DNA of 41,297 nucleotides, taken from contig CAXGMD010000021.1 in the NCBI GenBank assembly GCA_964010765.1, positions 1 through 41,297 of the forward strand, written 5' to 3'. Numbering within the stretch: position 1 is the stretch's first letter; every line of letters starts with the position of its first letter. This document shows positions 1 through 9,857 of the stretch, piece after piece. Under the pieces are notes generated by a model. That model was not told where the DNA came from and searched no databases. It saw nothing but the letters and a program-made list of their open reading frames with translations. Origin of the DNA: an uncultured bacterium. Its GTDB lineage: Bacteria > SAR324 > NAC60-12. Position numbers and translations under genes: made by a program.

Positions 1-2
1 TA

Positions 3-221
3 GGGTGGCATTGGCGCTCAGATCTTGGATTTAGCGGGGGTTTGGGTTATGGACTACTATGGAGTGAACATCCAAAAATGACGATTGATTCCACTTATGA
101 TTGGTTTGTCACCGAAGCCGAAAATAAATACTTTCAAGCACAACAAGAACAAAAACGAGATAAACCCAATCAGCTGGCAATTTGGCCGTTGTACTCAGCC
201 AGTATTGGTTGGACATTTTAG
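3..221 (+). CDS. 3' end of a probable outer-membrane beta-barrel protein (partial, starts before the window)
   Basis: Not in the ORF track. Frame 3 is open from the window edge to TAG at 219-221 and reads ...GWHWRSDLGFSGGLGYGLLW...WPLYSASIGWTF*. Alternating aromatic/Gly strands and a terminal Phe fit a beta-signal. Confidence 0.6.
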   Translation, partial: GWHWRSDLGFSGGLGYGLLWSEHPKMTIDSTYDWFVTEAENKYFQAQQEQKRDKPNQLAIWPLYSASIGWTF

Positions 222-234
222 ACTGTCATGATGA

Positions 235-1158
235 TTGAATGTGAATCACCTTAGAAATCTTTGGATCCAAAGGTCAGCTTGGCTAATCGCAATAAGACCA
301 AAAACTCTTGGAGCTGCGGTAGCCCCGGTCCTGATTGGTACTTCGATGGCCATTTCAGATGGACTATTTCATCTGCTTTCGTGCCTCTTATGTTTGTTTG
401 CCGCAGTCCTGATTCAAATTGGGACCAATTTTTCGAATGATTACTATGACTTTTTCAAAGGTGCGGATACTCCTGAACGTCTCGGACCAAAGCGTGTAAC
501 ACAATCGGGGCTGCTGGAACCTGATGCAGTAAAGCAGTTGTTTGTAATTGTTTTTGGAATGGCTGTGCTGTGTGGCTTTTTTCTGGTTCTTAGAGGTGGT
601 TGGGCAATTTTACTGATTGGACTGCTCTCAATTGCTTCGGGCATCCTTTATACGGGTGGACCCTTTCCTCTGGCGTATCATGGGTTAGGGGATATCTTCG
701 TCTTGTTGTTTTTTGGTCCAATTGCAGTATCAGGAACCTATTATGTGCAAGCACTTCAGTGGAGCGAGTTGACAATTCTAGCCGGCTTTATTCCTGGATT
801 GACCGCAACAGCGTTAATTGCGGTAAATAATCTTCGTGATGCCCCGACTGATGCGAAAGTTGCGAAGCGAACCCTTGCTGTGCGATTTGGAGAAAATTTT
901 GTTCGGAAAGAGATTCAATTCGCATTAATTTTGAGTGCAGTTATACCAATCCTTTTGGTGGTTAATCGACCCAGTCACTGGCCTGCTTTACTCAGTTTGT
1001 TGGCGTTGTGGCCCATACTTGGTGTGATCAAAATGGTCCTTTCTGGTACCAAAGGTAAAGAGTTGAATGTCGTTTTGGGGACTTCTGGAAAAATTCTTTT
1101 AATTCAGTCACTTCTTTTTTCAGTAGGATGGGTAGTTGGTCCAGCTTTGCTTGATTAA
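235..1158 (+). CDS. menA: 1,4-dihydroxy-2-naphthoate polyprenyltransferase (UbiA family)
   Basis: W..AIRPKTL, NFSNDYYDFFKGAD, YTGGPFPLAYHGLGD and VNNLRDAPTDAKVAKRTLAVRFG motifs; multi-TM. Start uncertain (TTG 235 or GTG 241). Confidence 0.92.
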   Translation: MNVNHLRNLWIQRSAWLIAIRPKTLGAAVAPVLIGTSMAISDGLFHLLSCLLCLFAAVLIQIGTNFSNDYYDFFKGADTPERLGPKRVTQSGLLEPDAVKQLFVIVFGMAVLCGFFLVLRGGWAILLIGLLSIASGILYTGGPFPLAYHGLGDIFVLLFFGPIAVSGTYYVQALQWSELTILAGFIPGLTATALIAVNNLRDAPTDAKVAKRTLAVRFGENFVRKEIQFALILSAVIPILLVVNRPSHWPALLSLLALWPILGVIKMVLSGTKGKELNVVLGTSGKILLIQSLLFSVGWVVGPALLD

Positions 1159-1194
1159 ATATTTCTAAACATCCGGGACAAGAGGTCGCTCCAA

Positions 1195-2214
1195 TCAATT
1201 GGGGATAGTTGGTTTTTCTTCAACCCCATTTGCATGTCTTGCAAATCTTCCACTGAGGAGTCCATGAATTTGATCAGGACTCTTCCAAGGCCATCCTCCG
1301 AATTGAGTTCGCCGATATTCCTCATAAGTAACAACAATTTCCTGTCGTGAATTCATCACAAAGGGTCCATATTGCACAACTGGTTCTCCAATGGGTCTGC
1401 CCTGCAGGAGAAGGAGCTTCGCAGAGCTTTCGCCATTAATAATCTTCAAGCTCTCTGACTGATTAATGTGGCCTACTTGATTGAGTTTTAACTGTTCCCC
1501 TGCAACTTCAACAGATTTTCCTTCGTAAAGGTACAAGCTTCGGTGTACTCCCTTCAGCACCTCTGGTAATTCCCATCTAGCTAGTTCATCAAAAGAAATA
1601 ACCCAAATTGCCACATCATTGATTGCATCACTGGCCCAGGAGTCAGGGGTTGGCACTGGCTCTTTTTCAGCTCCAATACCCTTACAGTATTGAATCACCT
1701 GAATGCTGCGCCCTGCTTCATCTGCAAAAGTGCTTGTTGGAATTGTCTCAGCCCAGAGCATTTTAAAGTTGGGATCAACCATTTTTCGATGCTTAGGCAG
1801 ATTGAGCCAGATCTGGAATAATTCCAAAGTATTACCTTGATTCTCTTCAAGGAGCGGAAACATTTCCGAGTGCTGAACCCCAGATCCAGCTGTCATCCAT
1901 TGAACATCACCGCCACCGTAACGACCCGCGGCTCCCATTGAGTCAGCATGGTCCACCATCCCTCTCTGAACAACAGTTACCGTTTCAAAACCACGATGCG
2001 GGTGCGCTGGGAACCCAGGAATCTTATCTCCATGGTACATTCGCCAACCATCTTTGATGATAAAATCATTTCCTATCTGACGTCCTCTGAGTGAGGCTGC
2101 AGGACCTCCTTTGCCATTCCCTTTGGGATAGAAGTCCAAATGATGAACACAAAATAAAAATGGGTCTCTGGTAGCCCAAGGAAAACCAAGATTTTCGATT
2201 GTTATTGTCGCCAT
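1195..2214 (-). CDS. Pirin family protein (bicupin)
   Basis: GFPAHPHRGFETVT, HADSMG, GDVQWMTAGSGVQHSEM, FQIWLNLP and GRPIGEPVVQYGPFVMN motifs. Confidence 0.93.
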   Translation of the reverse strand: MATITIENLGFPWATRDPFLFCVHHLDFYPKGNGKGGPAASLRGRQIGNDFIIKDGWRMYHGDKIPGFPAHPHRGFETVTVVQRGMVDHADSMGAAGRYGGGDVQWMTAGSGVQHSEMFPLLEENQGNTLELFQIWLNLPKHRKMVDPNFKMLWAETIPTSTFADEAGRSIQVIQYCKGIGAEKEPVPTPDSWASDAINDVAIWVISFDELARWELPEVLKGVHRSLYLYEGKSVEVAGEQLKLNQVGHINQSESLKIINGESSAKLLLLQGRPIGEPVVQYGPFVMNSRQEIVVTYEEYRRTQFGGWPWKSPDQIHGLLSGRFARHANGVEEKPTIPN

Positions 2215-2227
2215 TCACTTCTCTCTT

Positions 2228-3208
2228 CTAAATTTTTGGATGCCAGCAACGAACCCGATGTCTGGTGTTTTGGCCCTGCCAAGGAGGGTTGATTTCACAT
2301 TGTTTATTTGCTTTTGTGCAGCGATCTCTGAATCGACATCCTATCAGGATCGACCCGGGTTGCGGTAGGGTCCCTGGGATTGGTTCAAAACTAATATTGG
2401 CTTTCCCAGGGCGAGGCCGAGCTTGCTGAAGTGCGGCGGTATAAGGATGCGCAGGGCTCTCCAATTGGTCAACCGGTAGATCTTCAACTACTTCTCCAGC
2501 ATACATGATCACGACTCGGTCTGCTAGAAAGCCGACCACATCCAAATCATGTGAGATGAAAAGCAAGGCCATCTTGCGTTCACTTTGAAGATTTTTGATT
2601 AGCCTGAGAATCTGTGCTTGTGTAGTCACATCCAAAGCGGTTGTTGGCTCATCAGCGATCAATAAATCCGGCTCACAGACGAGGGCCATAGCTATCATCA
2701 CTCTCTGCCGCATGCCTCCAGAGAATTGATGTGGATACCACTCTAGCTTACTTTCAACTTCTCGCAGCCCTACTTGTCTCAAAAGATCAGAGATTTTCTT
2801 TCTGCGGTCTTGATTTCCTAAAGGTGAATGTTCTTTAAGTACTTCATCAAGTTGCTCATGAATCGTCAGTACAGGATTCAAGGCAGTCATTGGTTCCTGA
2901 AAGATCATCGCCATTTCTTTTCCTCGCAACTCGCGCCATCGTTTATTGGAAGCATTAGATAGATCTTCGCCTCTCCACAAGAGCGCTCCCCGATGTTCAG
3001 CTATTATTTTGTTCGAAAGCAAACCCATCATTGACAAGGCTGTCATCGATTTTCCGCAACCCGATTCTCCAACAAGACCAACGGTCTCCTGTGCATTGAG
3101 TGTGATGTTGACCTGGTTAAGAACCTGGACAGGCCCTTTCTCAGAATTTAGGCTGAGATTATAGTCTTTCAGTGTCAGTAGGCTGGGACTATTTTCGGTT
3201 TCTTGCAT
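2228..3208 (-). CDS. Oligopeptide/dipeptide ABC transporter ATP-binding protein (OppD/DppD type)
   Basis: [48 protein letters not shown]-terminal Cys cluster [12 protein letters not shown]. Confidence 0.92.
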   Translation of the reverse strand: MQETENSPSLLTLKDYNLSLNSEKGPVQVLNQVNITLNAQETVGLVGESGCGKSMTALSMMGLLSNKIIAEHRGALLWRGEDLSNASNKRWRELRGKEMAMIFQEPMTALNPVLTIHEQLDEVLKEHSPLGNQDRRKKISDLLRQVGLREVESKLEWYPHQFSGGMRQRVMIAMALVCEPDLLIADEPTTALDVTTQAQILRLIKNLQSERKMALLFISHDLDVVGFLADRVVIMYAGEVVEDLPVDQLESPAHPYTAALQQARPRPGKANISFEPIPGTLPQPGSILIGCRFRDRCTKANKQCEINPPWQGQNTRHRVRCWHPKI

Positions 3209-3276
3209 TCAGGACTATCAGAGGTTTAGTTCAGAAGTACTGTAAGGGAGCCAGAGCAATTCACTCAGAAATGGAT

Positions 3277-4071
3277 TCAATTTTCCATCTCATCGAACCT
3301 GCCACTTTCTGCATCTTCCAGATATTGATGTTGATGCACTACCATTCCCCAATCCGACAAAGTGATGACGGAGTAAATTGGTGGTTCCTTGATCAGTTGA
3401 AAAGGCAAACTCTCAGTTGTGAAAGTAAATTGATGGACTGTCGAAGGCTGACATGAAAAAGGTATCCCTCGCCAAACGCCATGAAGTGGTCTATGCAAAT
3501 GCCCGCAGAATAAATGTTTTATGTTGGCATGAGAATTCAGAATCTCCCCTAAGATCTCGCCATCAGCTAGATTGCAGTTGTCCATTTCCTTCATGCCCAC
3601 CTTGAAGGGTGGATGATGAAGAAAAACATATACATGATCATTTGAGTGGCTTTTCAATTCGTTCCGCAGCCAGTCTTGTCTTTTTTCACAATAACTACCT
3701 GCAACTTGACCTTCCTGCAAAGTATCCAAAAAGAGATAGACATTCCCTCCGGATTGTATTTTGGATTGAATGAAACCATTTGGGTCTATTGCCGTTTCTG
3801 GAAACACACCCCTGAATGGTTCTCGCTGGTCGTGATTCCCAAGCACAAGTTGTCGATTTAGTTGATATTTTTCCAGTAACTCTCTGAGAAGGCGATAAGA
3901 GGGTGTATCTCCTTCATTGCAAAGATCACCAGTGATTACAAGCAGGTCCAAGTCCGGATGCCTAAGTTTGATATTCGCCAATGCTTGTTCAAGACGTTGA
4001 CCAGGGTCTATTTCGTGGATCTTCTGGCCTTCTGGAACGAGGTGAAGATCAGTTAATTGTATGATTTTCAT
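3277..4071 (-). CDS. Calcineurin-like metallophosphoesterase, CpdA/Icc/GpdQ-type phosphodiesterase
   Basis: TDLH, TGDL, GNHD, LHHPP and GHLHR motifs in the canonical order. Confidence 0.88.
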   Translation of the reverse strand: MKIIQLTDLHLVPEGQKIHEIDPGQRLEQALANIKLRHPDLDLLVITGDLCNEGDTPSYRLLRELLEKYQLNRQLVLGNHDQREPFRGVFPETAIDPNGFIQSKIQSGGNVYLFLDTLQEGQVAGSYCEKRQDWLRNELKSHSNDHVYVFLHHPPFKVGMKEMDNCNLADGEILGEILNSHANIKHLFCGHLHRPLHGVWRGIPFSCQPSTVHQFTFTTESLPFQLIKEPPIYSVITLSDWGMVVHQHQYLEDAESGRFDEMEN

Positions 4072-4417
4072 AGCACTTCTTTAGGTTATTCATTCATCAA
4101 AAATCTTTGAATTAAACAAGACAGCGGATAGTCTCGCCAACTTAAGTTAAAACCCACACCGGCAAAATTGTGAAATCAAGGGCGCTTGACTTTCTTTCGA
4201 AGCTAAACAAGCATCTTACTCAATTTTAATATTATTACATCACTTGAAAAGATAGAAACTACGACTATCTTTGATTAGATATATATCCTAAAGAGTATAT
4301 TTCTTAATCATTGATCTGCTTTACTCCGGGAGTGCTTGAATTTATCCTTTTGATTTGGACTTCCGGAGTCCTACTTGCCCTCCAAGTCTTCATACTCATT
4401 ATTGAGAAATCCCCTAC

Positions 4418-5191
4418 GTGATCTCCGTTCGAAACCTGTATAAACATTTTGGTGGGGTCCAGGCAGTAAACGGGATTAGCCTGGAAATCCAGACAGGGTT
4501 GATAACAGGATTAATTGGTCCAAATGGAGCTGGAAAAACGACTCTGTTCAATCTGATTGCAGGCACCTTCCCGCCTGATCAAGGGCAAATCCTGCTTGAA
4601 GGAGAGGAGGTAACTGGATTAAGACCGCACCAACTTTTCTCAAAGGGACTTCTAAGAACATTTCAAATTCCTCACGAGTTTCACAGTTTGACAGCACGAG
4701 AGAATTTGATGATGGTTGCCCCGAATCAATTGGGTGAAACCCTCATCGGTGCCTGGTTTCAGCGCAAAACTCTTCATCAGCAAGAGAGAGAGATTGAAAA
4801 AAAAGCAGAGGAAGTCATGGAATTTCTCAACATTCGACATGTCTCTGACGAACTAGCTGGAAATTTGTCGGGTGGACAGAAGAAGTTGCTGGAATTGGGT
4901 CGAACCATGATGGTTGATGCCAAGGTGGTTATTTTGGATGAAGTTGGTGCAGGGGTAAACCGGACCTTGCTGAGAGAAATTGGAGATGCAATCGAGTTGA
5001 TGAATCAGGAGAAAGGATACACCTTCTGCATGATCGAACATGATATGGACTTCATCAGCCGGCTCTGTAATCCGGTGATCGTGATGGCAGAAGGGAAGCT
5101 ATTGACTGAAGGCTCAGCAGAAGAAGTGAAATCGAATGAATTGGTGATAGAAGCTTATCTTGGTCGTGGGGCTTCATCAGGTCTTAACTAA
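4418..5191 (+). CDS. livG: HAAT/Liv-type ABC transporter ATP-binding protein (LivG-like)
   Basis: GPNGAGKTT, RTFQ, LSGGQKKLLELGR, LDE, IEHDM, C-terminal VIEAYLG; GTG start. Symbol is a family-level label; substrate unknown. Confidence 0.88.
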   Translation: MISVRNLYKHFGGVQAVNGISLEIQTGLITGLIGPNGAGKTTLFNLIAGTFPPDQGQILLEGEEVTGLRPHQLFSKGLLRTFQIPHEFHSLTARENLMMVAPNQLGETLIGAWFQRKTLHQQEREIEKKAEEVMEFLNIRHVSDELAGNLSGGQKKLLELGRTMMVDAKVVILDEVGAGVNRTLLREIGDAIELMNQEKGYTFCMIEHDMDFISRLCNPVIVMAEGKLLTEGSAEEVKSNELVIEAYLGRGASSGLN

Positions 5192-5213
5192 GAGAGTTTT
5201 TGAGAATCAGGAA

Positions 5214-5918
5214 ATGAGTTATCTCCTTGGTGAAAATTTGATTGGTGGTTATGGAACTGGAGATATTCTCAAGGGCTGCACCATCTCTGTCGCTCATGGA
5301 GAAATCTCTGTTGTTGTCGGGCCGAATGGAGCAGGTAAATCAACTGCTATGAAGGCGCTGCTGGGAATGCTGAAAGTCCTGAATGGAAAAGTCATGCTTG
5401 CGGGGAAGGACATCACGAGCATGTCTCCACAACAAAGAGTTCAACTCGGCATGGCCTTTGTTCCCCAAACCAATAATGTTTTCAGTAGCATGACCGTTGA
5501 AGAAAATCTGGAACTCGGTGCGTATGTTCGCACTGATGACTATTCAGATACGATGAGTCAGATCTATGAGCTTTTTCCAGTGCTGAAAGAAAAGCGTCTC
5601 CAACCTGCAGGAGAGCTTTCTGGAGGACAGCGACAACAAGTTGCTGTGGGACGAGCATTGATGACGAAACCGAGTGTGCTGATGCTCGACGAACCAACAG
5701 CAGGTGTCTCTCCAATTGTCATGGATGAGCTTTTTGAACGCATCATTGAGGTAAAAAAAACAGGAATTGCGATTTTAATGGTGGAACAAAATGCTCGACA
5801 GGCCCTTGCAATCGCTGACAAGGGATTTGTATTGGTGACAGGTCAGAATCGTTTTACGGATTCTGGTCAAGTACTCCTCGCCAATGAAGAAGTTCGTCGA
5901 TCCTTTCTTGGGGGATAG
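5214..5918 (+). CDS. livF: HAAT/Liv-type ABC transporter ATP-binding protein (LivF-like)
   Basis: GPNGAGKST, VPQ..NVF..MTVEENL, LSGGQRQQ, LDEPTAG, VEQNA, terminal FLGG. Start moved to ATG 5214 after AGGA, which removes the overlap with livG. Confidence 0.88.
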   Translation: MSYLLGENLIGGYGTGDILKGCTISVAHGEISVVVGPNGAGKSTAMKALLGMLKVLNGKVMLAGKDITSMSPQQRVQLGMAFVPQTNNVFSSMTVEENLELGAYVRTDDYSDTMSQIYELFPVLKEKRLQPAGELSGGQRQQVAVGRALMTKPSVLMLDEPTAGVSPIVMDELFERIIEVKKTGIAILMVEQNARQALAIADKGFVLVTGQNRFTDSGQVLLANEEVRRSFLGG

Positions 5919-5920
5919 TG

Positions 5921-6931
5921 ATGGATTTTTTGAACGCGATTGTTCTGCTTTCTAATTACGTACTCATCCCTTCTTTGGTTTACGGGTCCCAACTCGCTCT
6001 TGGCGCCCTAGGGGTAACAATTGTCTTTGGCATCATGCGCTTTGCGAATTTTGCGCATGGTGAAATGATGTCTTTTGCAACCGTCAGCACGATCTTTATC
6101 ACCTGGTGGTTCCAGTCAATTGGTCTGACCGCCGGAATCCTGCCCACAGCTCTACTTGCCCTTCCGTTTGGAATCCTGATCACAAGCCTATTAGTCTTTG
6201 CGACTGAACGAAGTGTATTTAGCTACTATCGCCAAAGGAAGAGTAAGCCTGTCATATTTGTGATCGCCTCGGTTGGGGTGATGTTCATGCTGAATGGGGT
6301 CGTCAGGTTGTTCATTGGGACAGACGAAATCATTTTTATGGATGGTCTAAAATTTCTAATCAAAGCTGGAGAGTTCAAAAAATGGTCAGGTCTCAATGAA
6401 GGCTTGGCACTCAAGCAAACTCAGGTTTTAACTGTCTTATTGGCGATTCTGGCAGTCGCCTGGTTGTTTTGGTTCCTACAAAAAACCAAGATGGGCAAAG
6501 CGATGCGTGCCTTTTCAGACAATGAAGATCTGGCTCTACTCTCAGGCATTGACCCTGAAAAGGTGGTGCGAGCGACTTGGTTCATCAGCGCTGTCCTGAT
6601 TACTCTCGCGGGTGTCCTCTATGGGCTTGATAAAAGCTACAAACCATTAATCTATTTTCACCTGCTCCTTCCTATTTTTGCTGCTGCCATTGTTGGTGGA
6701 ATTGGCCAACCCCTTGGGGCTATTCTGGGAGGCTACATTGTCGCTTTTTCAGAGGTGGCGGCTACCTACGCATTCAAAAAATTCCTCAGATACCTAGGTC
6801 CTGAAGGTTGGTCTCCTGAAGATTTGGTCCAATTGCTTAGTACAGAATACAAGTTTGCAGTTTCTTTCTTGATTCTTGTCCTGGTCCTGTTGATTCGGCC
6901 TACCGGTCTTTTCAAGGGGAGGGTGCTTTGA
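5921..6931 (+). CDS. livH: HAAT/Liv-type ABC transporter permease (LivH-like)
   Basis: ALGALGVTIVFGIMRFANFAHGE, GKAMRAFSDNEDLALLSGI, AAIVGGIG, RPTGLF. Start is ATG 5921 or GTG 5918. Confidence 0.88.
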   Translation: MDFLNAIVLLSNYVLIPSLVYGSQLALGALGVTIVFGIMRFANFAHGEMMSFATVSTIFITWWFQSIGLTAGILPTALLALPFGILITSLLVFATERSVFSYYRQRKSKPVIFVIASVGVMFMLNGVVRLFIGTDEIIFMDGLKFLIKAGEFKKWSGLNEGLALKQTQVLTVLLAILAVAWLFWFLQKTKMGKAMRAFSDNEDLALLSGIDPEKVVRATWFISAVLITLAGVLYGLDKSYKPLIYFHLLLPIFAAAIVGGIGQPLGAILGGYIVAFSEVAATYAFKKFLRYLGPEGWSPEDLVQLLSTEYKFAVSFLILVLVLLIRPTGLFKGRVL

Positions 6932-8286
6932 GTAATTCACAAAGAGCGATCATCAGCTTTGCCATGATGGCTCTCCTGCTGGTAGTTGTAGGAACCACAC
7001 AGTCTTGGAATGTGAGCCTGGCTATCCTGAATCTTTGTTTGATCTCAGCTGTCATGTCCCTTGGGCTGAATATCCAGTGGGGTTACGCAGGTTTGTTCAA
7101 CGCTGGAGTGATGGCTTCAACAGCCTTAGGCGGATTGGCGGCAGTCTTGGTCTCTCACTCTCCAGTTGGTGAAGCATGGGCCGTTGGTGGATTAGATACT
7201 GGATTAACTGTCATCACTTTGGTTTTAACTGTCCTTGGAGCTTGGTGGATCAGAAAGAAAATGCCAGAAGGTCCTCTACGACGTGTCCTCTTCTTGGTTT
7301 GGCTACTTGGTGGATATGTTTTGCTACGCCATTTCTATGAGCAAGCCTCGCTTAATATAGAAGCGGTCGATCCGGCGCAAACAGGATTTCTGGGAGGATT
7401 GGGTCTCCCAATCTTACTTTCCTGGATAGCAGGGGGAGTAGCTGCGGCTGGATTAGCTTGGATCGTTGGGCGAGTTGCGCTTGGTCTGCGCTCAGACTAC
7501 TTTGCGATCGCTACGCTTGGGATCTCAGAGATCATGATCTCTATTCTTAAGAATGAGGATTGGTTGACGAGGGGTGTGAAGAACGTCACTGGCTTGGAGC
7601 GACCTGTTCCTTACGAAGTAGACCTTCAACAAAGCCAGTGGTTCATTGATTTGGTCATCAGATTACATTCAGCTGATCCAAATCAAGTCGGAGAAGAAGC
7701 TCTTCAAGAGATGGTGATGTCTGCTTCAGGGGTCTTCGTCAAGCTTTGTTACTCAGGACTCTTCCTCACAGTACTACTATTAATTCTTGGCTTGGCTGCA
7801 CTAGCCTTGAATTCTCCTTGGGGCAGGATGATGCGTGCGATTCGTGATAACGAAATTGCTGCTGCTGCCATGGGAAAGGACGTGACAAACCGTCATCGGC
7901 AAGTATTCATTTTGGGGTCTGCGATCATTGGTGTAGCGGGTGCGATGCTTACCACGTTGGATGGTCAGTTTACACCAGGTTCATATATCCCTTTAAGATT
8001 TACCTTCCTGATCTGGGTTATGGTCATCATTGGAGGAAGTGGTAATAACCTTGGGGCAGTGCTTGGGGCTTTTATCACTTGGTTTGCTTGGATTGAAGCG
8101 GAGCCTGTGGCACTTTGGGCGGTGAAAAACTTGAACTCATTTCTCAGTGAGGAGAACCCTCTCCGTCAACATTTTATTGAAGTTGCCCCACATTTGAGGA
8201 TGGTAGTCATGGGGATGATTTTGATTTTGGTACTCAGATTTCGCCCTGCAGGCATTTTGCCTGAGAAAAACACTAACCGCACCTGA
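6928..8286 (+). CDS. livM: HAAT/Liv-type ABC transporter permease (LivM-like)
   Basis: GLNIQWGYAGLFNAG, LRSDYFAIATLG, SPWGRMMRAIRDNE, MVIIGGSGNN, RPAGILPE; TTG start overlaps the livH stop by 4 nt. Confidence 0.88.
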   Translation: MSNSQRAIISFAMMALLLVVVGTTQSWNVSLAILNLCLISAVMSLGLNIQWGYAGLFNAGVMASTALGGLAAVLVSHSPVGEAWAVGGLDTGLTVITLVLTVLGAWWIRKKMPEGPLRRVLFLVWLLGGYVLLRHFYEQASLNIEAVDPAQTGFLGGLGLPILLSWIAGGVAAAGLAWIVGRVALGLRSDYFAIATLGISEIMISILKNEDWLTRGVKNVTGLERPVPYEVDLQQSQWFIDLVIRLHSADPNQVGEEALQEMVMSASGVFVKLCYSGLFLTVLLLILGLAALALNSPWGRMMRAIRDNEIAAAAMGKDVTNRHRQVFILGSAIIGVAGAMLTTLDGQFTPGSYIPLRFTFLIWVMVIIGGSGNNLGAVLGAFITWFAWIEAEPVALWAVKNLNSFLSEENPLRQHFIEVAPHLRMVVMGMILILVLRFRPAGILPEKNTNRT

Positions 8287-8301
8287 TTCATAAGAGGGAG
8301 G

Positions 8302-8324
8302 AACCAGCCCAAGAGGGGCCGGTT
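8302..8324. terminator. Hairpin between convergent livM and binding-protein genes; possible bidirectional terminator
   Basis: AACCAGCCC-AAGAG-GGGCCGGTT gives a 9-bp stem on the minus strand with one G.U pair; U-tracts are weak. Confidence 0.5.
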
Positions 8325-8337
8325 TTGAGAATGATAA

Positions 8338-9537
8338 TCAGCGGAATTGAACGGTTTTGAAGGCCTTGTTATCAATTTCGAATTCCCTGTAGGAACCGAA
8401 GGTTTCGCCAACTCCGTCCAATTCGACATTGGTAGCACCAACATAATCAATTGGCCCACCACTGTTCAGAATACTCAGCCCTTTTGCTAATTCGCCTGGG
8501 AAAATCTTTGTCCCAGGAGCGTTCGCGACGGCCAATAAATTATCCGCAATAGACTCACCGTTCGTTGATCTGGCTCTCTGCATTGCTAAGACAAGGAGTG
8601 CGGCAGCATCGTATGATTCACCGGTGTAGGGACCACCAGCATTTAAGCCAGCATCGGCTGCAATCTTCTTGAAAATATCTGCACCATTTGAGGCCGTACC
8701 AGGTACAGTTCCAAAGGTACCTGTTAGGTCACCATCTATGTTCTCAAGAAGGGAATCGCCGTACATACCATCAGCGAGGATAAATTTATCAAAAGCTCCA
8801 GAATCGAGTGATGTTTGAATCATATATCGGCCACCCTGATCAACATATCCAAACACTGCTAGAACCTCTGCACCTGATGCATCAAGTGAAGCTACTTCTG
8901 CCGAATAATCTGCTTTACCGTCTTCATGAGGGACCGTGGCAGAGATTTTACCACCTAGTGCGGTATAGGCACTGCTGAAGGAATCCGTCAAGCCCTTGCC
9001 ATAGTCATTGTTGGTATGAGTGACAGCGATCTCTGAGATCCCTCTATCCATCACAATTTTTGCCAGCACTTGCCCCTGGCGTGCATCAGAAGGAGCTGTT
9101 CTGAAGAAGTAGCCATTGTCTTCAATGGTTGTCAGGGCAGGAGAAGTAGCCGAAGGAGAGATCATCGGAACACCGTTTGGAACAGCAACGTTGTTGGCAA
9201 TCGCTGTAGTAACACCTGAACAATCTGCACCCATGATTGCTACTACTTTTTCTGATGTTACTAATCTCTCAGCTGCTGCAGTAGCTGCTCCAGCATCAAT
9301 ACAAGTTGAATCAGCTCTCACAACAACAATTTTTTCACCACCTAGCAGATTGCCGGAATCAGAGGCCTCTTTGAAGGCAACTTCTGCTGAGCCAGCCATG
9401 TCAGGTGTCAATGATTCAATGGGACCTGTAAAACCAAGAATGATTCCCATCTTGATGTCTGCAAGTGCTACGGCAGGAAAGATCAAGCTTCCCGCCATCA
9501 TCATCGCAACTTTCTTGAAAAAATTCGTTCTCTTCAT
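8338..9537 (-). CDS. Liv/HAAT-family ABC substrate-binding protein
   Basis: Signal peptide MKRTNFFKK...AVALA-D; GFTGPIESL, GADCSGVT, ISPSATSPALT, FFRTAPSD, NNDYGKGL, YDAA. Start moved to ATG 9537 after GAGGGA. Confidence 0.9.
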   Translation of the reverse strand: MKRTNFFKKVAMMMAGSLIFPAVALADIKMGIILGFTGPIESLTPDMAGSAEVAFKEASDSGNLLGGEKIVVVRADSTCIDAGAATAAAERLVTSEKVVAIMGADCSGVTTAIANNVAVPNGVPMISPSATSPALTTIEDNGYFFRTAPSDARQGQVLAKIVMDRGISEIAVTHTNNDYGKGLTDSFSSAYTALGGKISATVPHEDGKADYSAEVASLDASGAEVLAVFGYVDQGGRYMIQTSLDSGAFDKFILADGMYGDSLLENIDGDLTGTFGTVPGTASNGADIFKKIAADAGLNAGGPYTGESYDAAALLVLAMQRARSTNGESIADNLLAVANAPGTKIFPGELAKGLSILNSGGPIDYVGATNVELDGVGETFGSYREFEIDNKAFKTVQFR

Positions 9538-9857
9538 TTTTCCCTCTTGAAAAGCCGGCATATTAAGAATTCAAGAAACTGCAGGATCGGTTCAGAACTA
9601 ATTACCTAGTTCCCAACTTGCTGCCTACAGGTCACTTGTGAAACACCTTTATTACACGGATTTACTGAAAAGGTCTATAAAGTACGTTTTATTGCTTTTA
9701 TCCAAGTCAGAAACTTAGGACCGCCAGATCAAGAATACATCAAGTCAAAGAATTATTTTGATGTTTCGAATGCAGCCTTCTATCAGTGTGCGCAACAGAA
9801 TCAATTTATTTGAATTTCCATTTTGCAATCCCGCTTAAAAATTTGAGAAAGGTTCCT

